DNA from: Tagaea sp.
GTDB lineage: Bacteria; Pseudomonadota; Alphaproteobacteria; CACIAM-22H2
Direction: 5' to 3'
NCBI GenBank assembly: GCA_965228135.1
Contig: OZ245798.1
Span: forward strand, 2,891,037-2,955,036
DNA: 64,000 nt
Position 1 is the stretch's first letter. The number at the start of each line of letters is the position of its first letter. Below are positions 30,309-41,790 of the stretch, piece by piece. The notes below the pieces were generated by a model. It worked only from the letters and a program-made list of their open reading frames with translations. It did no database searches and had not been told where the DNA came from. The position numbers and the translations under genes were made by a program.

Positions 30309-31604
30309 CTAGACCACTTTCGCCAGGAAGTCCGAAACCGAGCGGCGCAACGCCTCGGCATGGGCGTCGAGCTCGACCGCCTTGTCGAGCACCGATTTGG
30401 CCGAGCCATGGACGAGCGCCGCCGATTGCGAAACCGTGCCCATATTCTCGCGCACCACCGACGTGCCGGTCGACGCTTCGGCGACCGAGCGCGCGATTTC
30501 CTGCGTCGCGGCGTTTTGCTGCTCGACCGCCCCCGCGATCGCCGTGGTGGCGCCGTTGACGCGCTCGACCGTCGCGGCGATACCCCGGATCGCGGTCACC
30601 GCTTCGGCCGTCGCGCGCTGGATCTCGGCGACCTCGCTCGCGATTTCGCCGGTCGCGTGCGCGGTTTGGTTGGCGAGGTTTTTGACCTCCGACGCCACCA
30701 CCGCGAAGCCCTTGCCCGCTTCGCCCGCGCGCGCGGCTTCGATCGTGGCGTTGAGCGCCAGCAGATTCGTCTGTCCCGCGATGCCGTTGATGAGACCGGC
30801 GACCGCTTCGATCTTCTGCGCCGCCGCCGCCAGCGAGGCGACGGTCGCGTCGACCGCGCGCGCTTGTGCGGCCGCTTCCGCCGCAACGCCGGCCGCTTCG
30901 CCCACGCGGGTGGAGATTTCGCGGATCGAGGCCGAAAGCTCCTCGGCCGCCGACGCCACGGTCTGCACATTGCCCGAGGCTTGTTCGGCCGCCGCACTCA
31001 CCGCCACCGCGCGGCTTTGCGTATCCTGTGCGGCCCCGACCATGCCGCCGGCACCGTCGCGCAACTCGCGCGCCGCCCCGCCGACCGTATCGACGATGCC
31101 GCCGGTCGTGGCACGGAACTGGGTCGCGATCTCGCGCGTGCTTTCCAAGCGCAGGCGCATCGCCGCGTTGGCGGCGTTGATCGTTTCCGCCCCGCGCGCG
31201 AAGCCGCCCTTCATGCCGCGCACGATCACGCGGCGATAGAATTTGCCCTGGCGCGCGTGATCCATCGCCGCCGCCGCCTCGCGCACGAAGGCGTCGGTCG
31301 AATCGAGCAGCGCGTTCAGCGAATGGGCGATATGGCCCAGCGAGCCTTTCTCGTCGATCCGCACCAAGCGCGGCTCGAGATCGCCGGCGGCGCCGGCGGT
31401 GGCGATCACCGCCAAGCGATCGACGAAGCGCCATCCTTTGGCGGCGAAATAAATGCCGATCAGCGCGGTGAACGTCGCGATACCGGTCAAGCCCGCGATC
31501 AAGGTTTCGCCGTCCCAGATCGCGATGCCGGTCGCGGCCGCGCACAGCACGGCCGAAATGCTCGACGCGAGGCCCGCTTTAGACAGAGAAGATGAATTCA
31601 TCAT
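30309..31604 (-). CDS. Methyl-accepting chemotaxis protein (membrane-anchored, no periplasmic sensor domain)
   Basis: Highly conserved MA signalling domain ([31 protein letters not shown]) with methylation heptads. Confidence 0.85.
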   Translation of the reverse strand: MMNSSSLSKAGLASSISAVLCAAATGIAIWDGETLIAGLTGIATFTALIGIYFAAKGWRFVDRLAVIATAGAAGDLEPRLVRIDEKGSLGHIAHSLNALLDSTDAFVREAAAAMDHARQGKFYRRVIVRGMKGGFARGAETINAANAAMRLRLESTREIATQFRATTGGIVDTVGGAARELRDGAGGMVGAAQDTQSRAVAVSAAAEQASGNVQTVASAAEELSASIREISTRVGEAAGVAAEAAAQARAVDATVASLAAAAQKIEAVAGLINGIAGQTNLLALNATIEAARAGEAGKGFAVVASEVKNLANQTAHATGEIASEVAEIQRATAEAVTAIRGIAATVERVNGATTAIAGAVEQQNAATQEIARSVAEASTGTSVVRENMGTVSQSAALVHGSAKSVLDKAVELDAHAEALRRSVSDFLAKVV

Positions 31605-32103
31605 AGCTCAGCCCCGCACCCTTCAAGATTTCGCCCAGCCGTGCCGCCGCCTTGGCCATGCCGTCTTTGCTGCCGCCATTCGCCGCTTCGATCGCCAGCA
31701 ATTCCTTGTAGATCGGCTCGACCTTGGCGATCTGCGCCGGGTCCGGACAGCGCCGGTTGGAATGGTAGGACACGATCTTGTTCTGCGAATCGTAGGTCGG
31801 CGTGACATGCGCGAAGACCCAATAATGGTCGCCGCCCTTCGCCATGTTCTTCACATAGGCGAAGACTTCGTCCCCGGCCGCGATACGATCCCACAATAGC
31901 TTGAACACGCAGCGCGGCATGTCGGGATGGCGCAAAATCGAATGCGGCGCGCCGAGATACTCGGCCTCGCTATAACCCGCCATGCGTTCGAACACGTCGT
32001 TCCCGTAGGTGATCTTTCCTTTGGGATCGGTCTTGGAAACGATCACCTCGTCCTTGCCGAAATGCCGCTCCCGGCCGGTCGGCGTATAGGCGTATTTCGT
32101 CAC
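31579..32103 (-). CDS. PAS domain sensor protein (stand-alone)
   Basis: PAS fold signature. 26-bp overlap with the downstream MCP gene. Confidence 0.75.
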   Translation of the reverse strand: MTKYAYTPTGRERHFGKDEVIVSKTDPKGKITYGNDVFERMAGYSEAEYLGAPHSILRHPDMPRCVFKLLWDRIAAGDEVFAYVKNMAKGGDHYWVFAHVTPTYDSQNKIVSYHSNRRCPDPAQIAKVEPIYKELLAIEAANGGSKDGMAKAAARLGEILKGAGLSYDEFIFSV

Positions 32104-32252
32104 CGTCGGACTCCTTGCGAAGGCATACGAATGGGCTTCAGGGCGTTAGCTTAGTGCAATTTCCGGGGGCACAATTGACATGCATCAATTCAGCCTCGCT
32201 TAATACTGGGCATAACACTCCATCATTTCGCTCTACGGGATCGTACTCCGGC

Positions 32253-33539
32253 ATGCCGTCGCCTTTGCTCGATCGATCACGCGTCCGGCCAGATCACGCC
32301 ACCATTCCAGGACTGGTGGTGGCGTTATCGGCCGCGATGGACCTGATCGATCCGGGCTTGGCCTACCACCACAAGCGCGTGGGCATGATGGCGGGCAACC
32401 TGGCCGCCACGATGGGATTGCCGCCGACGGAAATCGCCCGCGCCACGCTGGCGGGAATGCTGCACGATATCGGCTATCTGGGCCGCGACGAGGGCGCTTG
32501 GACGCCGGAGGAACGGCCGACGGATCGTTCGGCGCGCATCGGCGGACGCATCTTGTCGATCGCGGGCTTCACGCGCGATCTGTCGATCCCGGTGGCGCAT
32601 CATCATCTGCCCTGGGATCGGGTGAAGGCGGTCGGCGGCTTGTCCTGCGACGACGCGATCCTCGCCCAGATCGTCCACCTCGCCGATTTGACCGATCGGA
32701 TGCTGGATCGCGTCAACCCGTTGCATCCGCAGGTGCGCGCCGCGCGGGCCCGGATCGACGCCCTCGACGAGAATGCGCTGGCCCCGTCGGTCAAGGCGGC
32801 GTTCGCGCGCGCCAGCACGGCCGACGCGTTCTGGCTGGAAGCCGCGGCGATCGATCTCGACCGGCGCTTGGAACGCATGGCCGCACCGGCCGCGAGCGAA
32901 GCCTTGGTCGCGGACGACCTGACCGAGTTCGGGCGGCTCTATTCGATCGTCGTCGATGCGCGGTCGGTCTTCACCGCCACCCATTCCTGGGGTGTCGCGG
33001 CCGTCACCGAGGCGATGGGCCAGCAAGCGGGATTCTCGCCCGACACCATCGTGGCGCTGGAACTCGCCGGCCAATTGCACGACGTGGGCAAGCTTGCCAT
33101 CGACGTCGCGATTCTGGAAAAGCCCGGCCCGTTGACGCAAGACGAATTCGCCGCGATGCGCGCGCACGCCTATTACAGCGAGGTGCTGCTGCGCCGCGTG
33201 CCCGGCTTCGACGATCTGGCGAAATGGGCGGGCGACCATCACGAACAGCTCGACGGCAACGGCTACCCCCATCGCCATACCCAAGACGATCTCCCGCCCG
33301 AAGGAAGGTTGCTGACCGTCGCCGACCGCTATGTCGCGATGACCGAGGATCGGCCCTATCGCAGCGCCTACGCGCCGGCCGACGCGATCGAGCGCATCGA
33401 AGCCGATGCGCTGAAAGGCGTGATCGATCTTCGTTTCACGGCCTTGCTGCACGATCATCTGGACGCGATCGACGGCATACGGCGCGAAGCCCAACTCGAA
33501 GAACAGCGTTTCGTCGCGCAAATCCTGGCGGACGAATAG
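32253..33539 (+). CDS. HD-GYP domain phosphodiesterase (tandem HD domains; c-di-GMP signalling)
   Basis: HD motifs plus [11 protein letters not shown] signature in the second domain. Confidence 0.8.
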   Translation: MPSPLLDRSRVRPDHATIPGLVVALSAAMDLIDPGLAYHHKRVGMMAGNLAATMGLPPTEIARATLAGMLHDIGYLGRDEGAWTPEERPTDRSARIGGRILSIAGFTRDLSIPVAHHHLPWDRVKAVGGLSCDDAILAQIVHLADLTDRMLDRVNPLHPQVRAARARIDALDENALAPSVKAAFARASTADAFWLEAAAIDLDRRLERMAAPAASEALVADDLTEFGRLYSIVVDARSVFTATHSWGVAAVTEAMGQQAGFSPDTIVALELAGQLHDVGKLAIDVAILEKPGPLTQDEFAAMRAHAYYSEVLLRRVPGFDDLAKWAGDHHEQLDGNGYPHRHTQDDLPPEGRLLTVADRYVAMTEDRPYRSAYAPADAIERIEADALKGVIDLRFTALLHDHLDAIDGIRREAQLEEQRFVAQILADE

Positions 33540-33583
33540 GCACGCGGTTTGCTGGGTTGGCGGCGTCCACCCGGAGGAACGCC

Positions 33584-34261
33584 ATGCCGACCCTGCAAGC
33601 CGACCCCTATCCCTGGCCGTTCGATGGCGCTTGGACGCCCCAGAACACCGCATTGATCGTTATCGACATGCAGACCGATTTTTGCGGCAAGGGCGGCTAT
33701 GTCGACGCGATGGGCTACGATCTGTCGCTGACCCGCGCCCCCATCGAACCGATCAAGCGCGTGCTGACCGCGATGCGCGCCAAGGGCTACTGGATCATCC
33801 ATACCCGCGAAGGCCATCGCCCCGATCTTGCCGATCTGCCCGCCAATAAGCGCTGGCGCTCGCAACGCATCGGCGCGGGGATCGGCGATCCGGGCCCATG
33901 CGGGAAGATTTTGGTACGCGGCGAACCGGGCTGGGAAATCATCGACGAATTGGCGCCGCTGCCGGGCGAGACAATCATCGACAAGCCGGGCAAGGGATCG
34001 TTCTGCGCGACCGACCTCGAACTCATCCTGCACCAGCGCGGCATCCGCAACATCGTGTTGTCGGGCATCACGACCGATGTGTGCGTCCATACGACGATGC
34101 GCGAGGCCAACGATCGCGGCTTCGAATGCTTGTTGCTGGAGGATTGCTGCGGCGCCACCGATCGCGGCAATCACGACGCCGCGATCAAGATGGTGAAGAT
34201 GCAAGGCGGCGTGTTCGGCGCGGTGTCGAATTCCACGGATTTCGTCGCCGCCCTGCCGTGA
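33584..34261 (+). CDS. Isochorismatase-family cysteine hydrolase
   Basis: Catalytic triad context (D...K...C in [11 protein letters not shown]). Confidence 0.8.
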   Translation: MPTLQADPYPWPFDGAWTPQNTALIVIDMQTDFCGKGGYVDAMGYDLSLTRAPIEPIKRVLTAMRAKGYWIIHTREGHRPDLADLPANKRWRSQRIGAGIGDPGPCGKILVRGEPGWEIIDELAPLPGETIIDKPGKGSFCATDLELILHQRGIRNIVLSGITTDVCVHTTMREANDRGFECLLLEDCCGATDRGNHDAAIKMVKMQGGVFGAVSNSTDFVAALP

Positions 34262-34306
34262 CGGCGATCACTTGCGCGCGGCCCCGCGCGGCGTAATCTC
34301 GCGCGC

Positions 34307-35089
34307 ATGATCGCCCGTCGCACCTTCCTTGCCGCTTCGCTTTCCGCCGCCGTTCCCGCCTTCGCCCAAACCGCCAAGCAAGGCGTGTTGCTGATGCACG
34401 GCAAAGGATCGGTGCCGCAGTTTCCGCCGCTGCGCAAACTCGCCGACGCGTTGAGTGCGGCCGGCTTCGCGGTCGAAACGCCCGCGATGGCGTGGTCGCG
34501 CGATCGGTATTTGCAAGGCGATGTCGCGGCGACGCTCGACGAGATCGGCGGTCATCTCGACAAACTCGCGCGCAATGGGGCGACGAAATTGTTCCTCGTC
34601 GGGCATTCGCTGGGCGCCACCGCCGCGATGGCCTTCGCCGCCAAGCGCGGCCGCGTTGCCGGCGTGGCGATGATCGCGACCGGCCATGTGCCGCGCAGCT
34701 ATATCAACGGCCAGGGCCCGAACGGACCGGTGCGCGATTCGATCCTCGCCGCGCGCGCCATGGCGGCCAACGGCAAGGGCGGCGAGATCGCATCGTTCGC
34801 CGACAACAACCAAGGCCGCGCGATGACGACGCGGATGTCGGCCAACGATTATCTCTCGTGGTTCGATCCCGATCTGGGTTTCGACCCGCGCGACACGATG
34901 CCCCACGCGCCCTGCCCGGTGCTGTTCGCCATCGGGCGCGACGATATTCTGTTCCCCATCGCGCGCGCGCAGTTTTTCGACAAGCTGCCGCCCGATCCGC
35001 GCCACATATTCCTGGAAATGGCGGGCGGCCATATCGACGGTCCGGCGGCGGCGGCCGACGCGACGGTGAATTTCTTCCGGGGACTTTAA
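34307..35089 (+). CDS. Secreted alpha/beta hydrolase
   Basis: Signal peptide and GHSLG nucleophile elbow. Confidence 0.65.
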   Translation: MIARRTFLAASLSAAVPAFAQTAKQGVLLMHGKGSVPQFPPLRKLADALSAAGFAVETPAMAWSRDRYLQGDVAATLDEIGGHLDKLARNGATKLFLVGHSLGATAAMAFAAKRGRVAGVAMIATGHVPRSYINGQGPNGPVRDSILAARAMAANGKGGEIASFADNNQGRAMTTRMSANDYLSWFDPDLGFDPRDTMPHAPCPVLFAIGRDDILFPIARAQFFDKLPPDPRHIFLEMAGGHIDGPAAAADATVNFFRGL

Positions 35090-35187
35090 AGCGCGATTGA
35101 CCCGGGCGTCGGGTCGCCTAATCTTTCGTTCTGACCGACGCGACGGTGAAGCAACGCCGCGCGGGCCAAGCGGGAGGAATGGGCGTC

Positions 35188-36750
35188 ATGGACGCGCTGC
35201 TGACATTGGGCCAAACGCTGACCGCCCAAGCGCGCTTGCAACCCGACCGGATCGGGGCGCGCGATCTGGAGCGCGCGATGAGTTTTCGCGACTGGAATCG
35301 CCGGTCCTGCCGCCTCGCCAACGCGCTGCTCGGGCTGGGGCTTGCCAAGGGCGATCGCGTCGCCGTGCTCGCCTATAACTGCGTCGAGTGGACGGAAATC
35401 TACGCCGCCACGGCCAAGGCCGGGCTGGTCGCCGTGCCGATCAATTTCCGCCTGGCGGGGCCGGAGATCCGCTTCATCGTCGAGAATTCGGGAGCGGCGT
35501 TGCTGATCGTCCAAGATCAGCTTTTCGGCGCGATCGAAAGCCAGCTTGCCGATTTTCCGCTGAAACCCGATCGCATCGTGCAGTTTGGATCGGCGAGAAC
35601 GCCCGCCGGTCTGCGCGACTACGAAGACCTGCTCGACCGCGCGTCGGATGCGGAGCCCGGCATGCGCGTCATCCCCGACGATCCGTGGATGCTGATGTAC
35701 ACCTCGGGCACCACCGGCAAGCCCAAGGGCGTCATCCGCAGCCATCGCGGGGCGGCCCTGCTGTCGCTCGTCACCGATATCGAATTGGGGATCGGCCGCG
35801 ACGACGAAGCCTTGCTCGTCATGCCGATGTGCCACGCCAATTCGCTCTATTTCTTCGGGTCCTTCGCCTATTGCGGCGGGGCGATCAGCGTCTATTCGCG
35901 CAAGAGCTTCGACCCCGAGGAAGCGCTGGCGACGATCGGCGCCTGCGGGGCGAGCTTCACGTCGCTCGTGCCCACGCATTACATCATGATGCTGGCGCTG
36001 TCGGACGCGGTGAAGGCCAAACACGACACGCGCCGCATGCGCAAGCTGATGATTTCCTCCGCCCCCGCGCGCGAAGACACCAAGCGCGCGACGATGGCGA
36101 TGTTCGCCAATTCCGGTCTGTTCGAGCTTTACGGCTCGACCGAAGCGGGATGGGTGACGATGCTGCACCCGGACGAGCAATTCACGAAGCTCGGCAGCGT
36201 CGGGCGCGAATGCGTCGGCTCTTCGCCCATCCGCATCCTCGGCCCCGATGGGGCGGAGATGCCCGACGGCGAACCCGGCGAGCTTTATTCGCGCAATCCC
36301 TACACCTTCGACGGTTATTGGAATCTGCCCGACAAAACGCGCGACGCGTTCCGCGACGGCTATTGCACCGTGGGCGACATGGCCTTGCGCGACGCCGACG
36401 GCTATATCCGCCTGGTCGATCGCAAGCAGAATATGATCATCACCGGCGGCGAGAACGTCTATCCGTCCGAAGTCGAAGCGGTCGTCGGCGCACACCCCAA
36501 GGTGCAGGACGTCGCCGTGATCGGCCTACCCGACGCGAAATGGGGCGAGACGGTCCATGCCGTGATCGTCGCGCATGACAACGCCGCCCTCGACGCCGCC
36601 GAGCTCGACGCGTGGTGCCGTGAGCGGATCGCGGGTTTCAAACGTCCGCGCGGCTATTCTTTCCTACGGGCGCATGAAATGCCGCGCACCGCGACGGGCA
36701 AAATCCTCCACCGCGTTCTGCGCGAAACGATCGGCAGGGAAAAACGATGA
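35188..36750 (+). CDS. Acyl-CoA synthetase (AMP-forming ligase)
   Basis: AMP-binding motif [12 protein letters not shown] and C-terminal GKI lysine region. GGGAGG RBS 10 nt before the ATG at 35188. Track start at 35146 is a possible alternative. Confidence 0.85.
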   Translation: MDALLTLGQTLTAQARLQPDRIGARDLERAMSFRDWNRRSCRLANALLGLGLAKGDRVAVLAYNCVEWTEIYAATAKAGLVAVPINFRLAGPEIRFIVENSGAALLIVQDQLFGAIESQLADFPLKPDRIVQFGSARTPAGLRDYEDLLDRASDAEPGMRVIPDDPWMLMYTSGTTGKPKGVIRSHRGAALLSLVTDIELGIGRDDEALLVMPMCHANSLYFFGSFAYCGGAISVYSRKSFDPEEALATIGACGASFTSLVPTHYIMMLALSDAVKAKHDTRRMRKLMISSAPAREDTKRATMAMFANSGLFELYGSTEAGWVTMLHPDEQFTKLGSVGRECVGSSPIRILGPDGAEMPDGEPGELYSRNPYTFDGYWNLPDKTRDAFRDGYCTVGDMALRDADGYIRLVDRKQNMIITGGENVYPSEVEAVVGAHPKVQDVAVIGLPDAKWGETVHAVIVAHDNAALDAAELDAWCRERIAGFKRPRGYSFLRAHEMPRTATGKILHRVLRETIGREKR

Positions 36751-38483
36751 GCCAGCAAATCCTCGACCTCAACGCCGATCCGCTCGCTTGCGCCGCCTGG
36801 ATCGCGAAATTCCTGAAGGCGCGCAATATCGACCGCGTGTTCGGCCTGCAAGGCGGGCATATCCAGCCGATCTGGGATCATTGCGCGCGGTTGGGCATTC
36901 GCATCGTCGATGTGCGCGACGAACGTGCGGCGGTGCATATGGCGCATGCGCATGCGGAACTGACCGGCACGCTGGGGGTGGCGATGGTCACCGCCGGGCC
37001 GGGGGTCACCAACACCGTCACGGCGATGGCCAACGCATCGCTTGCGCGGATCCCTGTACTGCTGATCGGCGGCTGCACCTCGCGCCCGCAAGCCAATATG
37101 GGTCCGCTGCAGGATATCCCGCATGTCGATATCCTGCGCCCCGTGACGCGCCAATCGCGCACGCTTCGCGTCGCCGACCAGGTCGTGCGCGAATTGGATG
37201 AAGGCGTCGCGCGCGCTTTCGGCGATCTGGGCGAGCCCGGTCCCGTCTATCTCGAAATTCCGACCGACGTACTGCGCACGCGCGTTCAGCCGCAACTCGT
37301 GCTCGACGATTGGATGCGCCCGAAGGCGCCGCGAATCATCCAGCCCGATTCCGGCGATGTCGCCAAAGCGGTCGATGCGTTGTGGTCGGCAAAGCGCCCG
37401 CTGGTCGTGACCGGGCGTGGCGCACGCGGGGCGGGCGCGGAGATCGTGCGCCTGTTGGATGCGTGCGGCGCCGTCTATCTCGATACCCAGGAAAGCCGCG
37501 GCCTTGTGCCCGGATCGCATGACGGCTTTGTCGGCGCCATGCGCGCCGCCGCGATGACCGAGGCGGATACGGTGCTGGTGATCGGCCGCAAGCTCGACTA
37601 CCAAATGGGCTACGGCTCGCCCGCCGTGTTCCCCAATGCGCGTTTCTTGCGCCTCGCCGACAACGCCGGCGAGTTGATCGACAACCGGCGCGGCGATCCT
37701 GAAATCCTCGCGACACCCGCGCTGGCGCTGGCCGCCATCGTGCAAGCGGCAGGCAATCGCGCGCCGAACGTCGATCGCGCGTGGACCGGCGCTTTGCGCA
37801 AGAAGCATGTCGAGCGTTCGGCCAAGGCGATCGCCACCGCGCAGACCGCGCGCTGCGAGGACGGCAAGATCCATCCCGAAGCGATCTTCGCGGCATTGCG
37901 TAAAATTCTGCCCGCCGACCATATCGCCATCGCCGATGGCGGCGATCTGCTGAGCTTCGCGCGCGTGGGCCTCGACGCGCCCGTCTATATGGATGCGGGC
38001 GCGTTCGGTTGCTTGGGCGTGGGCGTGCCCTTCGCCAACGCCGCCGCCCTCGCCTTTCCCGGCCGGACGGTGATTTCGGTCAATGGCGACGGCGCCTACG
38101 GCATCAACGCGATGGAGATCGACACCGCCGTGCGCCACGGCGCCAAGGCGGTGTTCATCGTGTCGAACAACGCCGCGTGGAATATCGAGCGTTTCGACCA
38201 GGAAACGAATTACGGCGGACGCGTCGTCGGCACCACCTTGCGCCACAGCGACTACGCCGCGATGGCGCGTGCGTTGGGCGCGCATGGCGAGCGCGTCGAA
38301 GACCCCGCGGATTTGGAAGCGGCGCTAACGCGCGCGTTTGCCAACGCACCCGCCGTGATCGATGTCGTCACGTCGCAACGCGCCGTGTCGTCCGACGCGC
38401 GCAAGGGTCTCGGCTTCGTTCCCGATTATCAGGCGTTGACCGCCTGGGACGATGCCGAGCGCAAACGGCGCGGCGAAGTCTAA
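36747..38483 (+). CDS. Thiamine-diphosphate-dependent enzyme (acetolactate synthase / 2-hydroxyacyl-CoA lyase / oxalyl-CoA decarboxylase family)
   Basis: ThDP-binding GDG...NN motif ([30 protein letters not shown]). ATGA overlap with the ligase gene. Confidence 0.85.
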   Translation: MSQQILDLNADPLACAAWIAKFLKARNIDRVFGLQGGHIQPIWDHCARLGIRIVDVRDERAAVHMAHAHAELTGTLGVAMVTAGPGVTNTVTAMANASLARIPVLLIGGCTSRPQANMGPLQDIPHVDILRPVTRQSRTLRVADQVVRELDEGVARAFGDLGEPGPVYLEIPTDVLRTRVQPQLVLDDWMRPKAPRIIQPDSGDVAKAVDALWSAKRPLVVTGRGARGAGAEIVRLLDACGAVYLDTQESRGLVPGSHDGFVGAMRAAAMTEADTVLVIGRKLDYQMGYGSPAVFPNARFLRLADNAGELIDNRRGDPEILATPALALAAIVQAAGNRAPNVDRAWTGALRKKHVERSAKAIATAQTARCEDGKIHPEAIFAALRKILPADHIAIADGGDLLSFARVGLDAPVYMDAGAFGCLGVGVPFANAAALAFPGRTVISVNGDGAYGINAMEIDTAVRHGAKAVFIVSNNAAWNIERFDQETNYGGRVVGTTLRHSDYAAMARALGAHGERVEDPADLEAALTRAFANAPAVIDVVTSQRAVSSDARKGLGFVPDYQALTAWDDAERKRRGEV

Positions 38484-39322
38484 ACTTCGATATTGTCGAT
38501 CAGCCGCACGTCGCCCAGCCACGCGGCGACAAGCAGACGCGCCGGTACATCCGCGCGCGTCAGCGGCTTCAAATCGGCGGCCGCGCGCAGTTCGAGATAT
38601 TCGACCCGCGCGAAACCCGATTCTTCGATCGCTTTCGTCGCGTCGCGCAAGACCGGCTCGGCCGCGTCGCCCGCGCGCAAACGCGAAGCCGCCGCGCGCA
38701 AGGCTTGGGCGAGCTTCGGCGCGGTCGCGCGATCTTGGGCCGAAAGCCGCATGTTGCGCGACGACATGGCCAGGCCGTCGGTTTCGCGCACCGTGGCGCA
38801 CGGCACGATCTCGATCGGAATATCGAGGTCCTTCGCCATGCGCTTCACGACATGGACTTGCTGGAAATCCTTCTCGCCGAAGAACGCGAGATCGGCCTGG
38901 GTTTGCAGGAACAGCTTCGCGACGACAGTCGCCACGCCATCGAAATGCCCGGGGCGGAAGGCGCCGCACAGGCCGTCGCTGACGCCGCTGACCGACACAT
39001 TGGTCGCGAAGCCGTCGGGATAGATTTCCTCGGCATTCGGCGCATAAAGCATATGCGCGCCGAGCGGCGACAAAATCGCCGCATCGGAATCTTCCGTGCG
39101 CGGATAGGCGGCAAGATCGGCCGCCGAGTTGAACTGCTTGGGGTTCACGAACAGCGTGACGATCACGCGCTCGGCCCGTGCCAACGCCGCGCGCACGAGG
39201 CTCAAATGCCCTTCATGCAACGCGCCCATGGTCGGCACGACGGCGATCTTGGCGCCTTGCCGGCGCCACGCCGCGACGGTCGCGCGCAATTCGGCCAGCG
39301 TGCGGACGATCGGCACGCTCAT
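38480..39322 (-). CDS. panC: Pantoate--beta-alanine ligase
   Basis: [14 protein letters not shown]-type motif. Overlaps the panB stop by 4 bp. Confidence 0.9.
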   Translation of the reverse strand: MSVPIVRTLAELRATVAAWRRQGAKIAVVPTMGALHEGHLSLVRAALARAERVIVTLFVNPKQFNSAADLAAYPRTEDSDAAILSPLGAHMLYAPNAEEIYPDGFATNVSVSGVSDGLCGAFRPGHFDGVATVVAKLFLQTQADLAFFGEKDFQQVHVVKRMAKDLDIPIEIVPCATVRETDGLAMSSRNMRLSAQDRATAPKLAQALRAAASRLRAGDAAEPVLRDATKAIEESGFARVEYLELRAAADLKPLTRADVPARLLVAAWLGDVRLIDNIEV

Positions 39323-40152
39323 GCGGCGTTCCCTTTCGGCGCGTCGGCGAACACATGTTCGGCGGCCGGGAATTTGCGCGCGCGCACCTCGGCGGCATAG
39401 GCGGCGATGGCTTGTTCGGCGGTTTCGCCCAGCTCGGCATAGCGTTTGACGAATTTCGGGCGGAAATCGGCGAACGCGCCGAGCATATCGTCGACGACCA
39501 GGATTTGGCCGTCGCACGCGGCCGAGGCACCGATCCCGATGGTCGGGATCGAAATTTCCTTCGTGATGCGCGTGGCAAGCGCATCGGGGATTTTTTCGAG
39601 CACGACCGAGAAGGCGCCGGCCTGTGCCACCGCGTGCGCGTCGCGCAAAATGCGCTCGCCATCGGCGCCGCGCCCTTGCACGCCGTAACCGCCGAACGCG
39701 TTCACCGATTGCGGCGTCAGGCCGATATGCGCCATCACGGGAATGCCGCGCGCCACCAGGAAGGCGATGGTCGGCGCCATCGCCACACCGCCTTCGAGCT
39801 TCACGGCGGCGCAGCCGGTTTCCGCCATCACGCGCGCGGCGTTGCGGAAGGCTTGATCGGGGCCTTCCTCGTAACTGCCGAAGGGCATGTCGACGACCAG
39901 CAGCGCGCGCGACACGCCGCGACGCACCGCCTTGCCGTGCAGAAGCATCATGTCGAGCGAAACACCCAGCGTGGAGGGCAGCCCGTGCAGCACCATGCCC
40001 ACGCTGTCGCCGACCAGCACGACGTCGCAATGCGCGTCGACCAGCTTGGCGACCGGCGTGGTGTAGGCGGTCAGGCACACGATCGGCGTGCCGCCTTTGG
40101 CTTTGGCGATCGCGGGGGGCGTGAGGGCCGTGATCTTCGTGGAAGCGCTCAC
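39319..40152 (-). CDS. panB: 3-methyl-2-oxobutanoate hydroxymethyltransferase
   Basis: PanB motifs (LTAYT, VGDSLGMV-like [13 protein letters not shown]). GTG start at 40152. Upstream part of the track ORF is an artifact. Confidence 0.9.
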   Translation of the reverse strand: MSASTKITALTPPAIAKAKGGTPIVCLTAYTTPVAKLVDAHCDVVLVGDSVGMVLHGLPSTLGVSLDMMLLHGKAVRRGVSRALLVVDMPFGSYEEGPDQAFRNAARVMAETGCAAVKLEGGVAMAPTIAFLVARGIPVMAHIGLTPQSVNAFGGYGVQGRGADGERILRDAHAVAQAGAFSVVLEKIPDALATRITKEISIPTIGIGASAACDGQILVVDDMLGAFADFRPKFVKRYAELGETAEQAIAAYAAEVRARKFPAAEHVFADAPKGNAA

Positions 40153-40384
40153 GTGCGTACTCCTGTCGTCAGTCCTCGCCGCTATGTGCCATAATTTTGT
40201 GCGCCTGCGAAGAAAACAGGCGCGAACGCACAACAGCGCTGCGTGCGGTGCACGGGTTCGCGGAAAAATTGTGTCGAAACGCGCCTTTGGCGGCTTGAAG
40301 AACGGCGTCGGCGACGTCATTTCCTGGCGCAATTCCTCGAACCGGTCGCGTAGACTGCGCCCGAATTCGCCAACGGAGACGCGC

Positions 40385-41248
40385 ATGACCGAGTACACGC
40401 CCCCGAAAGTTTGGACCTGGAACAAGAAGCCGGGCGCCAATGTCGCTGCCCTCAACCGGCCGATCGCGGGGGCCACGCACGAGAAGGAGCTGCCGGTCGG
40501 CAAGCATCCGCTCCAGCTATATTCGCTGGGCACGCCCAACGGCGTGAAGGTCACGATCATGCTGGAGGAATTGCTCGCCGCCGGCCACAAGGGGGCCGAA
40601 TACGACGCGTGGCTGATCAAGATCGGCGAGGGCGATCAATTCGGCAGCGGCTTCGTCAGCGTGAATCCCAATTCGAAGATCCCCGCCTTGCTCGATCGCA
40701 GCGGCCCGAAACCGATCCGCGTGTTCGAATCGGGCTCGATCCTTCTCTATCTCGCCGAGAAATTCGGCGCGTTCCTGCCCAAGGACATCGCGGGCCGGAC
40801 GGAGGCGATGAACTGGCTGTTCTGGCAGATGGGCAGTGCGCCGTATCTGGGCGGCGGGTTCGGCCATTTCTACATGTACGCGCCGATCAAGATCGAATAC
40901 GCGATCGACCGCTTCGCGATGGAAACCAAGCGTCAGCTCGACGTGCTCGACCGGCGCTTGGCGGAGACGCCCTATCTCGCGGGCGCGGAATACACGATCG
41001 CCGATATCGCGGTGTTCCCATGGTATGGCGGCCTCGCCAAGGGCTGGCAATACGGCGATTCGGCGACGTTCCTATCGACGCACGAATACAAGAACGTGCT
41101 GCGCTGGGCCGATGCGATCTGGGCGCGCCCGCCGGTGAAGCGCGGGCGCATGGTCAACCGCATGAGCGGCGACCCGGCCGAGCAATTGCGCGAACGCCAC
41201 GATTCGAGCGACTTCGACACGAAGACGCAGGACAAGATCGGGAAGTAA
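40385..41248 (+). CDS. yghU: Nu-class glutathione S-transferase / GSH-dependent disulfide reductase
   Basis: Thioredoxin-like N-domain plus GST C-domain, long YghU-type N- and C-extensions. Confidence 0.8.
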   Translation: MTEYTPPKVWTWNKKPGANVAALNRPIAGATHEKELPVGKHPLQLYSLGTPNGVKVTIMLEELLAAGHKGAEYDAWLIKIGEGDQFGSGFVSVNPNSKIPALLDRSGPKPIRVFESGSILLYLAEKFGAFLPKDIAGRTEAMNWLFWQMGSAPYLGGGFGHFYMYAPIKIEYAIDRFAMETKRQLDVLDRRLAETPYLAGAEYTIADIAVFPWYGGLAKGWQYGDSATFLSTHEYKNVLRWADAIWARPPVKRGRMVNRMSGDPAEQLRERHDSSDFDTKTQDKIGK

Positions 41249-41360
41249 GGGGTTCGGGGGCAGGTGCGGCTGTGACGCCCTGCCCCATTCCGGCCGGCCT
41301 CCGCCGGCCTTAGACTCTCCCCATCGCGGCCGCCATCGACGCCGCCGGGGGAGAACGCAA

Positions 41361-41765
41361 ATGCTCGAATATCGCGTTGCCGCGCGCCGCATCGACGCGC
41401 ATGGCGCCGTCGCGACGGCCAAATCCGCCGAGATCGCGCTCGACACCGATCTGTCGGGGCGGCAGGACGCGCTCAACCCCGCCGAGTTGCTGCTCGCCGC
41501 CATCGCCGCTTGCATGTTGAAGGGTATCGAACGGGTCATGCCGATGATCCGTTTCGAATTGCGCGGCGTCGAGATCGCGCTGCACGGCATGCGCCAGGAC
41601 AGCCCGCCGAAAATAACCGAGATCGATTACGAGATCGTCGTCGATACCGACGAGTCCGATCAACGGCTGGAATTGCTGCACAAGAACATCCGCAAATACG
41701 GCACGATCTCGAACACGATCGCGGCGGCGGTGAAATTGGAAGGCACCGTGCGACGCAAGGGCTGA
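41361..41765 (+). CDS. OsmC/Ohr-family peroxiredoxin-like protein
   Basis: 134 aa with two conserved Cys contexts of the OsmC fold. Confidence 0.75.
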   Translation: MLEYRVAARRIDAHGAVATAKSAEIALDTDLSGRQDALNPAELLLAAIAACMLKGIERVMPMIRFELRGVEIALHGMRQDSPPKITEIDYEIVVDTDESDQRLELLHKNIRKYGTISNTIAAAVKLEGTVRRKG

Positions 41766-41790
41766 GCCTTCGCGCGCAAAGCGCGTGGCG

